Position numbers and translations under genes: made by a program. Below are positions 36,745 through 47,212 of a stretch of 49,193 nt of DNA, one piece after another; positions within the stretch are counted from its first letter, which is position 1; every line of letters starts with the position of its first letter. Under the pieces are notes generated by a model that saw nothing but the letters and a program-made list of their open reading frames with translations, was not told the origin of the DNA and ran no database searches. Origin of the DNA: a virus (lineage: Duplodnaviria > Heunggongvirae > Uroviricota > Caudoviricetes); IMG/VR virus record IMGVR_UViG_3300045988_148039; one strand, given 5' to 3'.

Positions 36745-37861
36745 CCTCTAACCCCGCATACTGGCAATTTATATTTCTCTCTCTGGCGACCTGTGTCTCT
36801 CCAACCACAGTAAATACAGGACTTGATATTTCTAATCTTTTAGCTCCAGCATTTTTTAAACGTTGAATAATTTCATCTGGATTTATATCTCTTCCCATAA
36901 CTGAACGTTGCCATTGTTTATACTCATCAATAGCTTTCTCAACCTCACCTTGAATTAAAGTTGTTCTGTTTTTGTCCGATGAGTTAATCCAGTATTTAAT
37001 TATTATATCGTATTCAATGCTCTCTGGTTTCTTAACAAGAACTTTATCTGTGAATGGTCGAATATTAGTTGCAGAGAGAACGCTATTTATCTGCTCTAAT
37101 AGTTCATCAGAAGGTATATCTCCGTTCTCTAACAAAGAACGGATTTCTACAGTTCCGGGCGATGGTGTATATACATTCACATCTTTTATATTCTGATTGG
37201 CTGTTCTTGTCCAATATTTATAAGAATCCTCCGGCCCTGCTGTAGACAGTTTTTCCGGCGACAGTTTTATTCTTTCAGCATAATTATCATCTGACTCTGT
37301 ATCAGCACCAGAATTAGATGTTGTTAGATTCCTTACGCTGGAAACATACGGCAACGGAGTCACCAACTCGTTTATTTGCCCAGGTAAAAAGCCATTCCCC
37401 GATAAGCCAGGTATAACAGCATATCCTGAGACTGTACCAACTGTTTTCCCAGCTGGTATTTCCAACAAAACATCTGTTTGGAAAATAACACTATTTCCAG
37501 TTGAAATTTGAGTGCCAGCAGGTATTGTATATATCCCCGATAATTTTGTTGACAGATTAAACTCAAATGTAGTCAAGGCAGATTGAGCTTCCAGCCTAGG
37601 CGTATCCGTCAGATAGCCTATATGGTCGAGATATTCACCTTCACCATATGTAAGAAGGTTTTGTTTTGCAGAAAAATCTATAGCTTTTCTTTGCTGTATA
37701 ATAATCTCACACAATGATAAGATGAATAATCTACGTGGATCAGCAGGTGCTAATGTTTCACCTGTTATACTCTCAAAAGCCCTGATTGAACGAGTTGTTA
37801 TATCAGTCGGGTTAGAATCTGCGAAAGTAATATCTGGCAAACCACCACGCGGCAACGTCAT
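36737..37861 (-). CDS. Baseplate protein, gpJ-like
   Basis: 374 aa, downstream of the W-like gene. Confidence 0.7.
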   Translation of the reverse strand: MTLPRGGLPDITFADSNPTDITTRSIRAFESITGETLAPADPRRLFILSLCEIIIQQRKAIDFSAKQNLLTYGEGEYLDHIGYLTDTPRLEAQSALTTFEFNLSTKLSGIYTIPAGTQISTGNSVIFQTDVLLEIPAGKTVGTVSGYAVIPGLSGNGFLPGQINELVTPLPYVSSVRNLTTSNSGADTESDDNYAERIKLSPEKLSTAGPEDSYKYWTRTANQNIKDVNVYTPSPGTVEIRSLLENGDIPSDELLEQINSVLSATNIRPFTDKVLVKKPESIEYDIIIKYWINSSDKNRTTLIQGEVEKAIDEYKQWQRSVMGRDINPDEIIQRLKNAGAKRLEISSPVFTVVGETQVARERNINCQYAGLEDG

Positions 37862-38178
37862 TCTCTAACTCCTATCACAATTTTTGGCCTAATAAAACCA
37901 TCAGAAACGTCCGTTCTTTCAAAAGTAACAGAATGGATAATCGCTCTAGGCTCAAACTCACTAATTTTTTGAATTATTTCTCGTGTTGCTGTAGCAATAA
38001 AAATTGGACTGGGGCTATCAACAAGACTTGAATTAACTCCTAATTTTCTGGCATATGGTACAGTGCCAATCTGAGTATTAATAATAGTAGAGACATTTTG
38101 CAAAACTTCTTCTACAACTGTTTTGGGCGACCAATCAATCGAGTAAGAAGGTGATGATATGGTAAACGTATTATTCAT
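37858..38178 (-). CDS. Baseplate protein, gpW/gp25-like
   Basis: 106-aa ORF of W size in the W position. Confidence 0.6.
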   Translation of the reverse strand: MNNTFTISSPSYSIDWSPKTVVEEVLQNVSTIINTQIGTVPYARKLGVNSSLVDSPSPIFIATATREIIQKISEFEPRAIIHSVTFERTDVSDGFIRPKIVIGVRE

Positions 38179-38642
38179 AATAATTTACCTAACGCACTTC
38201 TAGTTTTTGACTCTATATTGCCAGCAATATCAACTAATGCTTCTTTCAGAGAGGTCTGTCCGACTTCCTGTAATTTAATGCCGACGATAATCACTCGCGG
38301 ATTCCCAGTTGGACCGAAATAAGTCCATGATTCCTCTATATCTGTAATTATAAAATTACCAAAATACTGAATACCAATTACAACAGGATTTACTTCCTGA
38401 ATTGATTGCATTGTCCTAAGTAATGAAAGCGCAGCCAATGGAACAATGCCAAGTGTTGTATCCAACCGCATATTAAAACTAACTTCATCCAGATCTGGGC
38501 CTATATCCTCCAGAACAGGTTTAAGCCCAATAACATCATGGCGCGCTACACGACGCTTTGACGTCCTTTTAAAATTGTTGAACGTATTCACCACTATTGA
38601 TGAGGCAACAAAAGGCATTGTACCAAGCATACCCACAATCAT
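38175..38642 (-). CDS. Hypothetical baseplate-associated protein
   Basis: 155-aa ORF between the V-like and W-like genes. Confidence 0.4.
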   Translation of the reverse strand: MIVGMLGTMPFVASSIVVNTFNNFKRTSKRRVARHDVIGLKPVLEDIGPDLDEVSFNMRLDTTLGIVPLAALSLLRTMQSIQEVNPVVIGIQYFGNFIITDIEESWTYFGPTGNPRVIIVGIKLQEVGQTSLKEALVDIAGNIESKTRSALGKLL

Positions 38643-39259
38643 GCCTGAGCCTCCGTTGTCGGAGCGTATTCCCCCTGAGCTGTGTGATGGTGGCCTTTAG
38701 ATTTAATCCCATCAACATCTATATCACCACCAACAACCTTAACATCCCCAGAAATTGTAGCTGCAACACCTCCAGCAGAAGATCCTTTCATTCCACCTTT
38801 GAAGGTTAGTAATCCTTCAACTGTAGCATTTCCGGTAATGATGGTTTCTGGAGCATCAATAGTTACGGTTCCTGTGGCCTTAACGGTTACATCTCCGATA
38901 GCATCAACAAGGAGTAAATTAGATTCTCTGTCTATCTCAATACGAGTTCCGTTATTAAATCTAATGACGCGTTTATTAACAGTATTAGATGGCGGCTTCT
39001 GTGTTTCATCATAAAAACTACCAAGAATAAAACCTTGTTGCGGCCCTGCGGGATGAAAGATACACAAAACTTGCTCACCAATATCTGGCATCCAGTAATC
39101 AGCATTCTTATCTGTATTTTTCACAATAACTGATAACTTTGCCGAAGTGACGTTATCCTGATCATCGAAAGTAACTCTTGCTGTAACATCACCATCATCA
39201 ATATCAGAAACAACGCCAACTCTTATAGTCTGACGTAATAATGTTTCTAAATCATTCAT
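38639..39259 (-). CDS. Baseplate spike protein, gpV-like
   Basis: 206 aa with GEQVL and Gly-rich C-terminal region typical of P2 V-type spikes as recalled. Confidence 0.7.
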   Translation of the reverse strand: MNDLETLLRQTIRVGVVSDIDDGDVTARVTFDDQDNVTSAKLSVIVKNTDKNADYWMPDIGEQVLCIFHPAGPQQGFILGSFYDETQKPPSNTVNKRVIRFNNGTRIEIDRESNLLLVDAIGDVTVKATGTVTIDAPETIITGNATVEGLLTFKGGMKGSSAGGVAATISGDVKVVGGDIDVDGIKSKGHHHTAQGEYAPTTEAQA

Positions 39260-39261
39260 AA

Positions 39262-40263
39262 TTAATACCCATTAATTACTCTTCGGACCTCAATCGAGGT
39301 GGTATAACCACTAGCCCCAATTGAATGCACAGCTTTCGATATAAGATATTTTCCAGAAAATGAACCGAATCCGTCCAGATTTATAGTTACACCAGCTACC
39401 AATCTGGTGTCTCCAACCAATACTAAAGATCCGGTATTTTGATATCTATTTTTAAGCCGCAAAGCAGCCTTTGCCTTACGTTTTGCTTCATCTAAATTAG
39501 CGACCAGTTTTCTTATCTTAAGATTCGACCCTTCTTCTACGGATGGATCTACCCAAGTATACGAAAGCGACTTTCTTTTTTTAGGTACGCGATATTTGCA
39601 TGTGCAACTTTTATATAAATCAGTAGATTGTGTGCTAAAGCTATATCTGATTATCTCATCAATACCTAACGTAAGCGTAGCGATAGGATCTTTTTGCTCA
39701 AACATCTCTTGAGCAAATATTATTAATTGGCTATCAGTGACCTTTAACGACAACCCTTCGTCCTGGCAAAGTCGATGGAGAAATTTTAAATCGCTTTCCT
39801 CCATTTGATCTTCACGCGCATAATATGGATTACTATCACCATCAATAAGAAACAACAGCTCAAGGTTAGCTAATTTAGCTATAGAAGTTGCTATATCTTT
39901 AAGAGTTGTTTTCTCCCATGCATTACTTTTTAAATCACGTCTAATGCCTGATGAAACAGGAACAGAAACAGCAGTCACCTCAACAACAGAAGGTGGTCCA
40001 GAGCAAGTTATGCCATCTACCTGGAATTTCCCGCACTCAAGAACGATTTGATTTATAGGCTTAAAGCTCAAATCAATAAAATCACCCTTTTTAGGTGTCC
40101 AGTCTCCAGACCATTTCCCATCATCATTTTTTAATATGATAGAAATATCATCGACCTGACCATCTTCATTATCTGTATAAGACATTGACAAAACATCAGG
40201 TGACATATGAGCGGTAATATTTACATTCTGATATATAACATCAAAAAGCGTTTTACGTAACAC
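39262..40263 (-). CDS. Tail protein, P2 gpD-like
   Basis: 333-aa ORF after the X-like gene; family assignment by position and memory. Confidence 0.6.
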   Translation of the reverse strand: MLRKTLFDVIYQNVNITAHMSPDVLSMSYTDNEDGQVDDISIILKNDDGKWSGDWTPKKGDFIDLSFKPINQIVLECGKFQVDGITCSGPPSVVEVTAVSVPVSSGIRRDLKSNAWEKTTLKDIATSIAKLANLELLFLIDGDSNPYYAREDQMEESDLKFLHRLCQDEGLSLKVTDSQLIIFAQEMFEQKDPIATLTLGIDEIIRYSFSTQSTDLYKSCTCKYRVPKKRKSLSYTWVDPSVEEGSNLKIRKLVANLDEAKRKAKAALRLKNRYQNTGSLVLVGDTRLVAGVTINLDGFGSFSGKYLISKAVHSIGASGYTTSIEVRRVINGY

Positions 40264-40471
40264 TATTGCGTCTCCACGGAGGCAAATTGTTTACTGATAT
40301 TGGCATAACCGGAGCATCAGGAACTTTAAGAATAATTCCCGCAGAAAAAAGCACCGTAAAGCGGTGCTCAGTATTAGCATCAATAAGAAGATAAGACAGG
40401 TACTCATTACCATACAACTTTAACGCGATGCTATCCCATGAGTCCCCTTGAACCGTTCTATAATCATCCAA
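40253..40471 (-). CDS. Tail protein X-like (LysM-like)
   Basis: 72 aa; QGDSWDSIALKLYG...ILKVPD parallels P2 X as recalled. Confidence 0.55.
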   Translation of the reverse strand: MDDYRTVQGDSWDSIALKLYGNEYLSYLLIDANTEHRFTVLFSAGIILKVPDAPVMPISVNNLPPWRRNSVT

Positions 40472-43256
40472 AACTTAATCTCCGTTGTTGGAACATATGA
40501 GCACTCAATTTCTTCTCAAAATCAGAATATCCCGCATCTAATGCTCTTTTAGCTGCCGCCTCAGTTTCCTTTGGTGAGCCAGCCGGAAGATTGATTACAG
40601 GCGAATAGGTTATCCCACCAGTCACTGCGTTAACGTTCTGGCGAGGTCCAGAACTCCCGGCAGCAGAGATCCCGTGAGGTGATAAATTTGATTGCCCGAA
40701 CTGGGTTGCGATTGCATTCTGTAAGCTGTTATTTCTGCTAACACCAGATGCCAGAGTAGTCATTATTGCCCCACCTGACTTTGTTAGCTGTGAGAATGGA
40801 CCTTTTTTCGCATCAGAGAACGGCAAATACTCACGTACAGAAGAAAAAACGCCTTTTACTTCATTGATTAAAGCATTTGCTTTTGATTTTATCCCTGTGA
40901 TTAACGTCTCAATTATTTTTGCACCTGACTCTCTCCAGTTTATTCCAGACAAATAAGCTGTTACAGATTGAAATGCTCTTATAAAGAGTCCAACTGGTGA
41001 AAAACGCATAAAAACAGATACCAGCGTATCTATGATTTTCTTTCCTGTTTCGCTCCAGTTAATGCCAGAAAGGTAATTTGTTGTAAGTTTAAACGCTTTA
41101 ATTAATAACGGAAGCGGAGACATCCATTTAAAAGCACTAATTAATGTATTGTAAATTCTTACTCCTGCCGAACTCCAGTTTATATTGGAAAGATAATTCC
41201 ATGCTTTACCAAACATGGATATAATCCATCCATTGAGATCAAAGTTTAAGATAAAGTTTTTTATAGCCTCAAAAGACTTAACAGTGTACTCCTTAATAGC
41301 AGGCCAAACTTTTGATGCACATTCTTTTATTTTATCCCAATTCTGATACAACAATATCCCCAACGCCACAATGGCTGATATGGCCATCTGAATCCAACCG
41401 AAAGGGGTTAGCTTTGTCGCTACAGATAAAGCCAACATAGCTACCCTACACGCTATAACCACACTTTTCATGGTTAGAAACGCACCTGCCGTCATCACAA
41501 TCTGAGACACAAAATTGGGGTTGTTAGCTACAAATTCACTGATTTTTGTAATTAGCGGAACCAGAACACTAAGCGCGGCATTTAAAGCAGGTTGCAAGGC
41601 CTGACCAAAACTTAATGATGCATTGCTAGCCTGAATACGTAATTGTTTCAATCGCTCCGCATTATCTTTCGTTATGTTGGCAAAATCGCGGTCAATAACA
41701 GCACTTCCAGCACCAAGAGATGTTGCTTTGATTCTCTGGTATTCCTTCCAGTTTTGAATCATCGGACGAACAAAGTTCTGAACCTGCATATCGCCAAATA
41801 GTTCACCAAGTAACTTCTGATCTCCGTTCTTAGTCATTTTCATGACAGAATGCATTGCAGCTTCGAATGGATTCTTCCCTTTTTTCTGCGCTGTTGTGAC
41901 AATTTTATATAAATCTACACCGAAATTTTTCTTTGCTTTTTTCAGGGTTTCAGGGGAAAGTATTTTCGCCAAAAAGTTGTTCATATTATTAGCAGCTTCA
42001 TCCGAAGTTGCGGAACCCTTGCGAGCTATCTGCAAAGCTGCCCCCATCGTCGCGGCGGCTTCTTTACCTCCCATTTTTAATGCCTGGAACTGAGCACCAA
42101 GCACAGGAAGATTTTTGGCCATATCTTTAAATTCAAAGTTTCCCTCTTTCCCTGCCTGAACCAGAATCCCCATTGCAGACTTCATTTGAGATGGATCAAT
42201 CTTCAATGAGTCACTTAATGTAAATGATGCTTTCGATACATCGAGGATATCAGAGCCAGTAGCTGTAGCTGTTCGCCCAATAGTCAGCAGATTCGCCTGA
42301 GCCTCTTTATAATCCTGCCCCGCAGCGACCAGAAACCCCTGAGCGGCCTGAATATCAGATGCAAACTGGTTGGTAGCCGCCCCGGTAACAAGCATCGCCT
42401 GCCCCATCGCCTGAACTTCCTCCGGCTTCATATCTGCCGTAAGACCAATCATTTTGTTTTCACGATTAAAATTTGCTGCATTATTAGCAGCAGCAAATGC
42501 ACCAGCCGCTACAGCACCAGTTTGTAATCCTGACCTTACAAGTTGACTCTTTGCCTCACCAAGATGCTCTCGCTTCAATTCACGTTGCCTTTCCAACGCG
42601 CGGTTTAACTCCTCCTGAGCACGTTTTACTGCAAGAACATTTTTCCGTGCTTCAGCCAACGCATTTTTATAGCTGTTAATTTTATCAATACGTTGTTTTT
42701 CTAATGCCCGGTTAAGTTCCTCCTGCTGTTTTTTCACTTGCTGAACATTTGCTCTGGCTAAAGCCAAAGCCGTTCTGTAGCGGTTAACCTGCTCAACGCT
42801 ACGGACCTGAGCCTCACGATTACGATCAATGCTGGCTTTAAGCTCTTTCTCTCTTGAGGCCAAAGCTCTGGCAGATGTATCAGCTCCCTGATAGGCAGAC
42901 TTTAAAGCGGCCAGTTCTTCACGCTGAGAACGTAGTGATGCTCGTAAATTCGATGAATGTGTTTTTGCCTTCTCAAAGTCACGAAGCATCGCTCTGGTTG
43001 GATTGGCCGTGTTTTTTATTTGCTTCTGTAACTCTTCAACGCGAGCGGCAGCTTTATGATATTCGAGGGCAGTCTGTCCAACCTTTACTTTTACAGATTG
43101 TAGCTTTTGAATTTCCCCATGTTCTTTCGTTAATCCAGCAAGCTCGGCATTTAATTTAGCAACAGCCTGATTAGCTGCAGTAAAACTTTTGGGGAGAGAG
43201 GCGGCAACTTTGCCGCCAATTTCAAAAGCCAGCTTAAAGTTCTTATTGCTGGCCAT
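40464..43256 (-). CDS. Tail tape measure protein
   Basis: 930 aa, coiled-coil-rich with internal tandem repeats (...EELNRALE(K/R)QR...), between chaperone and baseplate genes. Confidence 0.85.
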   Translation of the reverse strand: MASNKNFKLAFEIGGKVAASLPKSFTAANQAVAKLNAELAGLTKEHGEIQKLQSVKVKVGQTALEYHKAAARVEELQKQIKNTANPTRAMLRDFEKAKTHSSNLRASLRSQREELAALKSAYQGADTSARALASREKELKASIDRNREAQVRSVEQVNRYRTALALARANVQQVKKQQEELNRALEKQRIDKINSYKNALAEARKNVLAVKRAQEELNRALERQRELKREHLGEAKSQLVRSGLQTGAVAAGAFAAANNAANFNRENKMIGLTADMKPEEVQAMGQAMLVTGAATNQFASDIQAAQGFLVAAGQDYKEAQANLLTIGRTATATGSDILDVSKASFTLSDSLKIDPSQMKSAMGILVQAGKEGNFEFKDMAKNLPVLGAQFQALKMGGKEAAATMGAALQIARKGSATSDEAANNMNNFLAKILSPETLKKAKKNFGVDLYKIVTTAQKKGKNPFEAAMHSVMKMTKNGDQKLLGELFGDMQVQNFVRPMIQNWKEYQRIKATSLGAGSAVIDRDFANITKDNAERLKQLRIQASNASLSFGQALQPALNAALSVLVPLITKISEFVANNPNFVSQIVMTAGAFLTMKSVVIACRVAMLALSVATKLTPFGWIQMAISAIVALGILLYQNWDKIKECASKVWPAIKEYTVKSFEAIKNFILNFDLNGWIISMFGKAWNYLSNINWSSAGVRIYNTLISAFKWMSPLPLLIKAFKLTTNYLSGINWSETGKKIIDTLVSVFMRFSPVGLFIRAFQSVTAYLSGINWRESGAKIIETLITGIKSKANALINEVKGVFSSVREYLPFSDAKKGPFSQLTKSGGAIMTTLASGVSRNNSLQNAIATQFGQSNLSPHGISAAGSSGPRQNVNAVTGGITYSPVINLPAGSPKETEAAAKRALDAGYSDFEKKLSAHMFQQRRLSFG

Positions 43257-43261
43257 TAGTA

Positions 43262-43444
43262 TTAATCCTCATTAAACACATCAATCCATGCGACGATTCG
43301 CCTCAACCGAAGCGAAAGCCAGTAGGATATAGGTGTTGATTGAGATGATTGAGATAGAGAACTCGCGGCCCTCATTATTTGCTTATCAATAGGTTTTTGC
43401 TCATCAAAACCTACGAGAGCAAAAAATTCTGTACCTTTTGACAA
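43262..43444 (-). other. Minus-1 frame extension of the tail assembly chaperone (frameshift product)
   Basis: No ATG start; opens at the slippery site and runs to the stop at 43262. Confidence 0.45.
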
Positions 43445-43692
43445 ACTTTAACAAAGTCTTTCGCTGGCAATCCATTCAGATACTCTATTGGACGACCAAT
43501 ACAGCGAGCAGCCAAGGCTGCATGGACTTTATTATCAAGTGATGTTTGAACTGAAACATACCCTTGAGATTGCAGTAAGTCCGATACCTCTAAAATATCA
43601 CTGCCTTTTAGGTTGTCTAAATCAAGGTTGAGTTCAGTCACCGGCTCAAAGTCTTCAAAACGATATTCTTTACTTAATTTAACGGTTTCCAT
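43411..43692 (-). CDS. Tail assembly chaperone (gpE-like)
   Basis: 93-aa ORF between tube and tape measure genes; ends just after T TTT TTG. Confidence 0.55.
   Translation of the reverse strand: METVKLSKEYRFEDFEPVTELNLDLDNLKGSDILEVSDLLQSQGYVSVQTSLDNKVHAALAARCIGRPIEYLNGLPAKDFVKVCQKVQNFLLS
43420..43426 (-). other. Candidate -1 slippery heptamer T TTT TTG
   Basis: Read directly; in-frame position near the 3' end of the chaperone ORF. Confidence 0.45.
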
Positions 43693-43701
43693 TTTGTCAC
43701 C

Positions 43702-44223
43702 TTATAAACCTAAATCATCACGAACGCTTTTTAATATATCTTCACCATCAAAGATACAAATAAAGTTCAACTTATCAATTTCCAGGACTTCTTTTCCATC
43801 AATAAATAATTTGATATAGAGAACTTCAAATTCATTCTCTGAATCAGTAGCCTTTGCCACCTGTAGCGAACCTAAATCCAGTTTTTTAGGGTTTAGCTTC
43901 ATTGAAGCCCGAATAGGAACCGTTTTATATTTTCCTGTTCCTGCATCATAAACCTGCTGGCTACCGCGAAAATCTACCTGATGAGATGAGGATAGAAATA
44001 ATTTTGTACCAGCAGAGGTCAGAGTTCGCCATTTAAGAGAGACAGTCATTGGTTTGAAATGCCCCAGCGTTCCGCTCTCAAGCTCTCCAGCGATACCTGC
44101 ACCACTAACAGTTTCTGTCATCATCTCAATTGATGGCAGCTTTGCGTCAGCAACACCGATAATACGGTTTCCCTCACCGTATACTGTAAAGTTAATAAGT
44201 CTCTCAGGAATTTGATTGCTCAA
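43702..44223 (-). CDS. Tail tube protein
   Basis: 173-aa ORF immediately downstream of the sheath gene. Confidence 0.7.
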   Translation of the reverse strand: MSNQIPERLINFTVYGEGNRIIGVADAKLPSIEMMTETVSGAGIAGELESGTLGHFKPMTVSLKWRTLTSAGTKLFLSSSHQVDFRGSQQVYDAGTGKYKTVPIRASMKLNPKKLDLGSLQVAKATDSENEFEVLYIKLFIDGKEVLEIDKLNFICIFDGEDILKSVRDDLGL

Positions 44224-44239
44224 AGCAACCTCCTATTAT

Positions 44240-45703
44240 TTATTCAGAAAACAAGTTCAGCAGATAATCAGGATTATATTCCATGACGAACTCTATATCT
44301 CTGGCAGGTGAGAACGGTGTCATTTTTACATGGAATTTAACAATCCCGTCCATTAATGACGTAATCGTGTTTTCTGACTGATCAAAGGTAACAACACCAC
44401 CTGCAATATCCTGATTACCTGTGAGGCCGTTAAGCCAAATATTCGCACTTGTAACAATCGATTCAATTAATCGACGGTTTGCAGGATTGTCTATTTTTGA
44501 CCAATGCGAAAGAATTAACGTATTACCCACCCAGTTAAACATACGTCGGCAAACACGAAATGCGTCTTTGGGGTCTGTAGATGTTGGATAAATAGCATTA
44601 CGGTTTCCCCATGATTTCCAACCATCAAAATTAAGGCTTGTTACAATCCCCTGTCCATTTAAGTAGTTTGCCTGGCTAATGTTAAGCCATACTTCACTGC
44701 CATCTTTACGTACAGCACCGTCCATCTGTAGTTTTATATTTGACGGAGAACGTGATGGAATATCACCATACTGACTATCCAGCAAGCATGTTGCGGCCGC
44801 TAAATGGGTTGAGTGATGGTAAATATTGTCACCAAGTTTCACCATCGGCCAGCACACTGTCTGGTTAGCGGCCATGTGATTATTGTTCTGTTTCCATTCA
44901 GGAACAGCCGAGTAATCACTGATAGTAGATTTATCGGTCGGCGCATCCGTTATAGCTTCTGCTTTGAACAATTCACTAATCAGCGCGGCTTTAGCCGCCA
45001 TTAGCTGACCAACTTCACTATCAGAACTAAATCCAGGTGCAATCACTTGTCCAGGAACTAACTTGAAGCGGGGATACACATCTGACAGTAACTCAAGCCC
45101 TGTATTGGCTTTAGTGTTGGAATCCACACCACCGATAATGTCATTTTTAGTTACGGCACCGGGATCAAGATGCGTATAACTAACCTTAAGAGTAGCGTCT
45201 TTTTCGGTAATTTTTCCTCCGCTAATAGCTGTAATGACCGTATAGCCATTATCATCCAGCGCCAGCACATAATCGGTATCAACCGTTAACCCAGGTGAAT
45301 CACCATCTGCTTTTTTCACAACAACAGATTTATATAAGACACCATCGTTAGAGAGCGTACCTTTCCCGCCAGAAAGTTTTACTAACTCATCAGTAACGTC
45401 TTTCTTATGCTTTGCTGGATCAAGCACATTGATAAATACAACTGGCGCAACACCATATATTCCAAATGCGACTTTAATTACTTCGCTTAAAGTATATTTC
45501 TCGAAGTTTGTGCTATATCCTATTTTAGATACGGCCTCTGCGTATGTATAAGCAATGATAGGTTTATTTACCGCTGAGGCTGGATCTTCTAACTGATTAA
45601 CAGGAGCCGTACCAAATGCGACAATCAACCCAGCACTAACTTGCACTGGAGGAGTTATAGATGTAGCCAGCTCAGATATATAAATACCGTGGCGATATCC
45701 CAT
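44240..45703 (-). CDS. Tail sheath protein
   Basis: 487 aa; N-terminus MGYRHGIYISE resembles the conserved start of P2 FI-type sheaths. Confidence 0.8.
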   Translation of the reverse strand: MGYRHGIYISELATSITPPVQVSAGLIVAFGTAPVNQLEDPASAVNKPIIAYTYAEAVSKIGYSTNFEKYTLSEVIKVAFGIYGVAPVVFINVLDPAKHKKDVTDELVKLSGGKGTLSNDGVLYKSVVVKKADGDSPGLTVDTDYVLALDDNGYTVITAISGGKITEKDATLKVSYTHLDPGAVTKNDIIGGVDSNTKANTGLELLSDVYPRFKLVPGQVIAPGFSSDSEVGQLMAAKAALISELFKAEAITDAPTDKSTISDYSAVPEWKQNNNHMAANQTVCWPMVKLGDNIYHHSTHLAAATCLLDSQYGDIPSRSPSNIKLQMDGAVRKDGSEVWLNISQANYLNGQGIVTSLNFDGWKSWGNRNAIYPTSTDPKDAFRVCRRMFNWVGNTLILSHWSKIDNPANRRLIESIVTSANIWLNGLTGNQDIAGGVVTFDQSENTITSLMDGIVKFHVKMTPFSPARDIEFVMEYNPDYLLNLFSE

Positions 45704-45993
45704 TATTTAATCTCCATGATAGAAGAAGAAACTCTAGAGTACATTACATACTCGACACTGGTTTTATCAGAAAGTCTTTTTTCTGCATCTGCAAAATCAC
45801 TGGTTGCCACAAACAAACACTTTGCACCAGGAATATGTGATATTAATTTTTCACACTCTGGAGATAAGCCATTCTTAAATAGTTTATGCTTCAAAATTGA
45901 GAGTTGAGGGATTGTTGGTCCTATATATACAAATGTTTGAGCAACATCTTCCTTCTTTTCTATATCTTCTTTACTACTTTTCTTATTAGCCAT
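45703..45993 (-). CDS. Hypothetical protein (head-tail region)
   Basis: 96-aa ORF. Confidence 0.35.
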   Translation of the reverse strand: MANKKSSKEDIEKKEDVAQTFVYIGPTIPQLSILKHKLFKNGLSPECEKLISHIPGAKCLFVATSDFADAEKRLSDKTSVEYVMYSRVSSSIMEIK

Positions 45994-46479
45994 TTAGATA
46001 AACTCCTGAGACTGAATATTCTGAGGCTTTAATACTAGCCACGTTCCAGTTGCTTCCGTTATCCAATATGGATATGGTTGATCATCAAACATTCGCCATC
46101 TGATATCACCCTGAAAGAGAAATTTCTCTTCAAGTAAAGGCTTCTCCTGAAAATGAAACATCATCCTTTCAAGAAGAGCCATTACCCATTCATATCCAGT
46201 ATGGTCCTCACAAAAACCACCTAAAAGAAACTTAACCTTAACTTCATCCGTTTCAGGCTGCATTCCTCCTTCCGTGGGCCTGATAATCACATGAGGAAAT
46301 TCTGGCGGTTTATCTGGAGATGGTTGTGATTTAGGAGGCAAGTACCCTTTAAATATTGTTGGAACAAACAATTTAATATCGCTGTCTGTTTCATCATAAG
46401 GAGGCCCCTGCACTAATAAATCATGGAAAACCTCATGTTCCAACCGATTTTTTATTGCATCTATCAAAAGATTAATCAA
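45994..46479 (-). CDS. Hypothetical protein (possible tail completion/neck)
   Basis: 161-aa ORF between capsid and sheath genes. Confidence 0.4.
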   Translation of the reverse strand: MINLLIDAIKNRLEHEVFHDLLVQGPPYDETDSDIKLFVPTIFKGYLPPKSQPSPDKPPEFPHVIIRPTEGGMQPETDEVKVKFLLGGFCEDHTGYEWVMALLERMMFHFQEKPLLEEKFLFQGDIRWRMFDDQPYPYWITEATGTWLVLKPQNIQSQEFI

Positions 46480-46820
46480 ATCGGCATTCCTCTGTTAGTA
46501 TTAACAGTGAGAGTTATTTCCAATACACCAACATTATCTGATACTTCATCAACAATATAATTTTTACCGTTGATTTTCATTGACTGGTCTTTGACAGGGA
46601 GAACAGGAAAATCTTTTCTTGAAACAAATAATATTATTTGCCCTTGATTTATTCCCTCTGCAAACTCAGCATATGAGCGTTTATTCCGCTCATGAATAAG
46701 GTCTGTATCAATAACGGCAAGGATATCCTTGCCGTCTATGTTATATGTATCGGCAAACTCTTTTTCATTGAGGAATATTGCAGAAATATCTTGCGCTATA
46801 ACCTCTTTGAAGGAGTTCAT
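46476..46820 (-). CDS. Hypothetical protein (possible head-tail connector)
   Basis: 114-aa ORF, positional inference. Confidence 0.4.
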   Translation of the reverse strand: MNSFKEVIAQDISAIFLNEKEFADTYNIDGKDILAVIDTDLIHERNKRSYAEFAEGINQGQIILFVSRKDFPVLPVKDQSMKINGKNYIVDEVSDNVGVLEITLTVNTNRGMPI

Positions 46821-47212
46821 TACTTCTTATTACCTTTTTTTTGCGTTGATTTTTTCGCATTACTGGTATCAGAAGTAGCTACAGATTCAGATGAATCATC
46901 AGCAACCGTTTCCTCATTGCCGCCATCATCCTCAAACTCAACCTCGAATACACAGCTACCCGCCTCCGTTCGCGTAATCAACCCCGCGTCCACAGCATCA
47001 TTAACAGCAGATGCGTATCCATGCTCAAAAGCTAACTTAGCAGCATCATAGCCCCCAGCCGCTGCCAAATCACCATCCTCTTCGGTGGCAATAGCATGTC
47101 CTGACGCAATCAGTTCGGCAATCCTGGAGTTATCCATTAGCCCATTAAGCAAACGGCCCGCTTTTAGCGAGCCGTGGCTTATCGTATCAATGTTTTTAAC
47201 CAGTCTGGCCAT
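46820..47212 (-). CDS. Hypothetical protein with acidic middle and Lys-rich C-terminus
   Basis: 130-aa ORF immediately downstream of the major capsid gene. Confidence 0.4.
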   Translation of the reverse strand: MARLVKNIDTISHGSLKAGRLLNGLMDNSRIAELIASGHAIATEEDGDLAAAGGYDAAKLAFEHGYASAVNDAVDAGLITRTEAGSCVFEVEFEDDGGNEETVADDSSESVATSDTSNAKKSTQKKGNKK

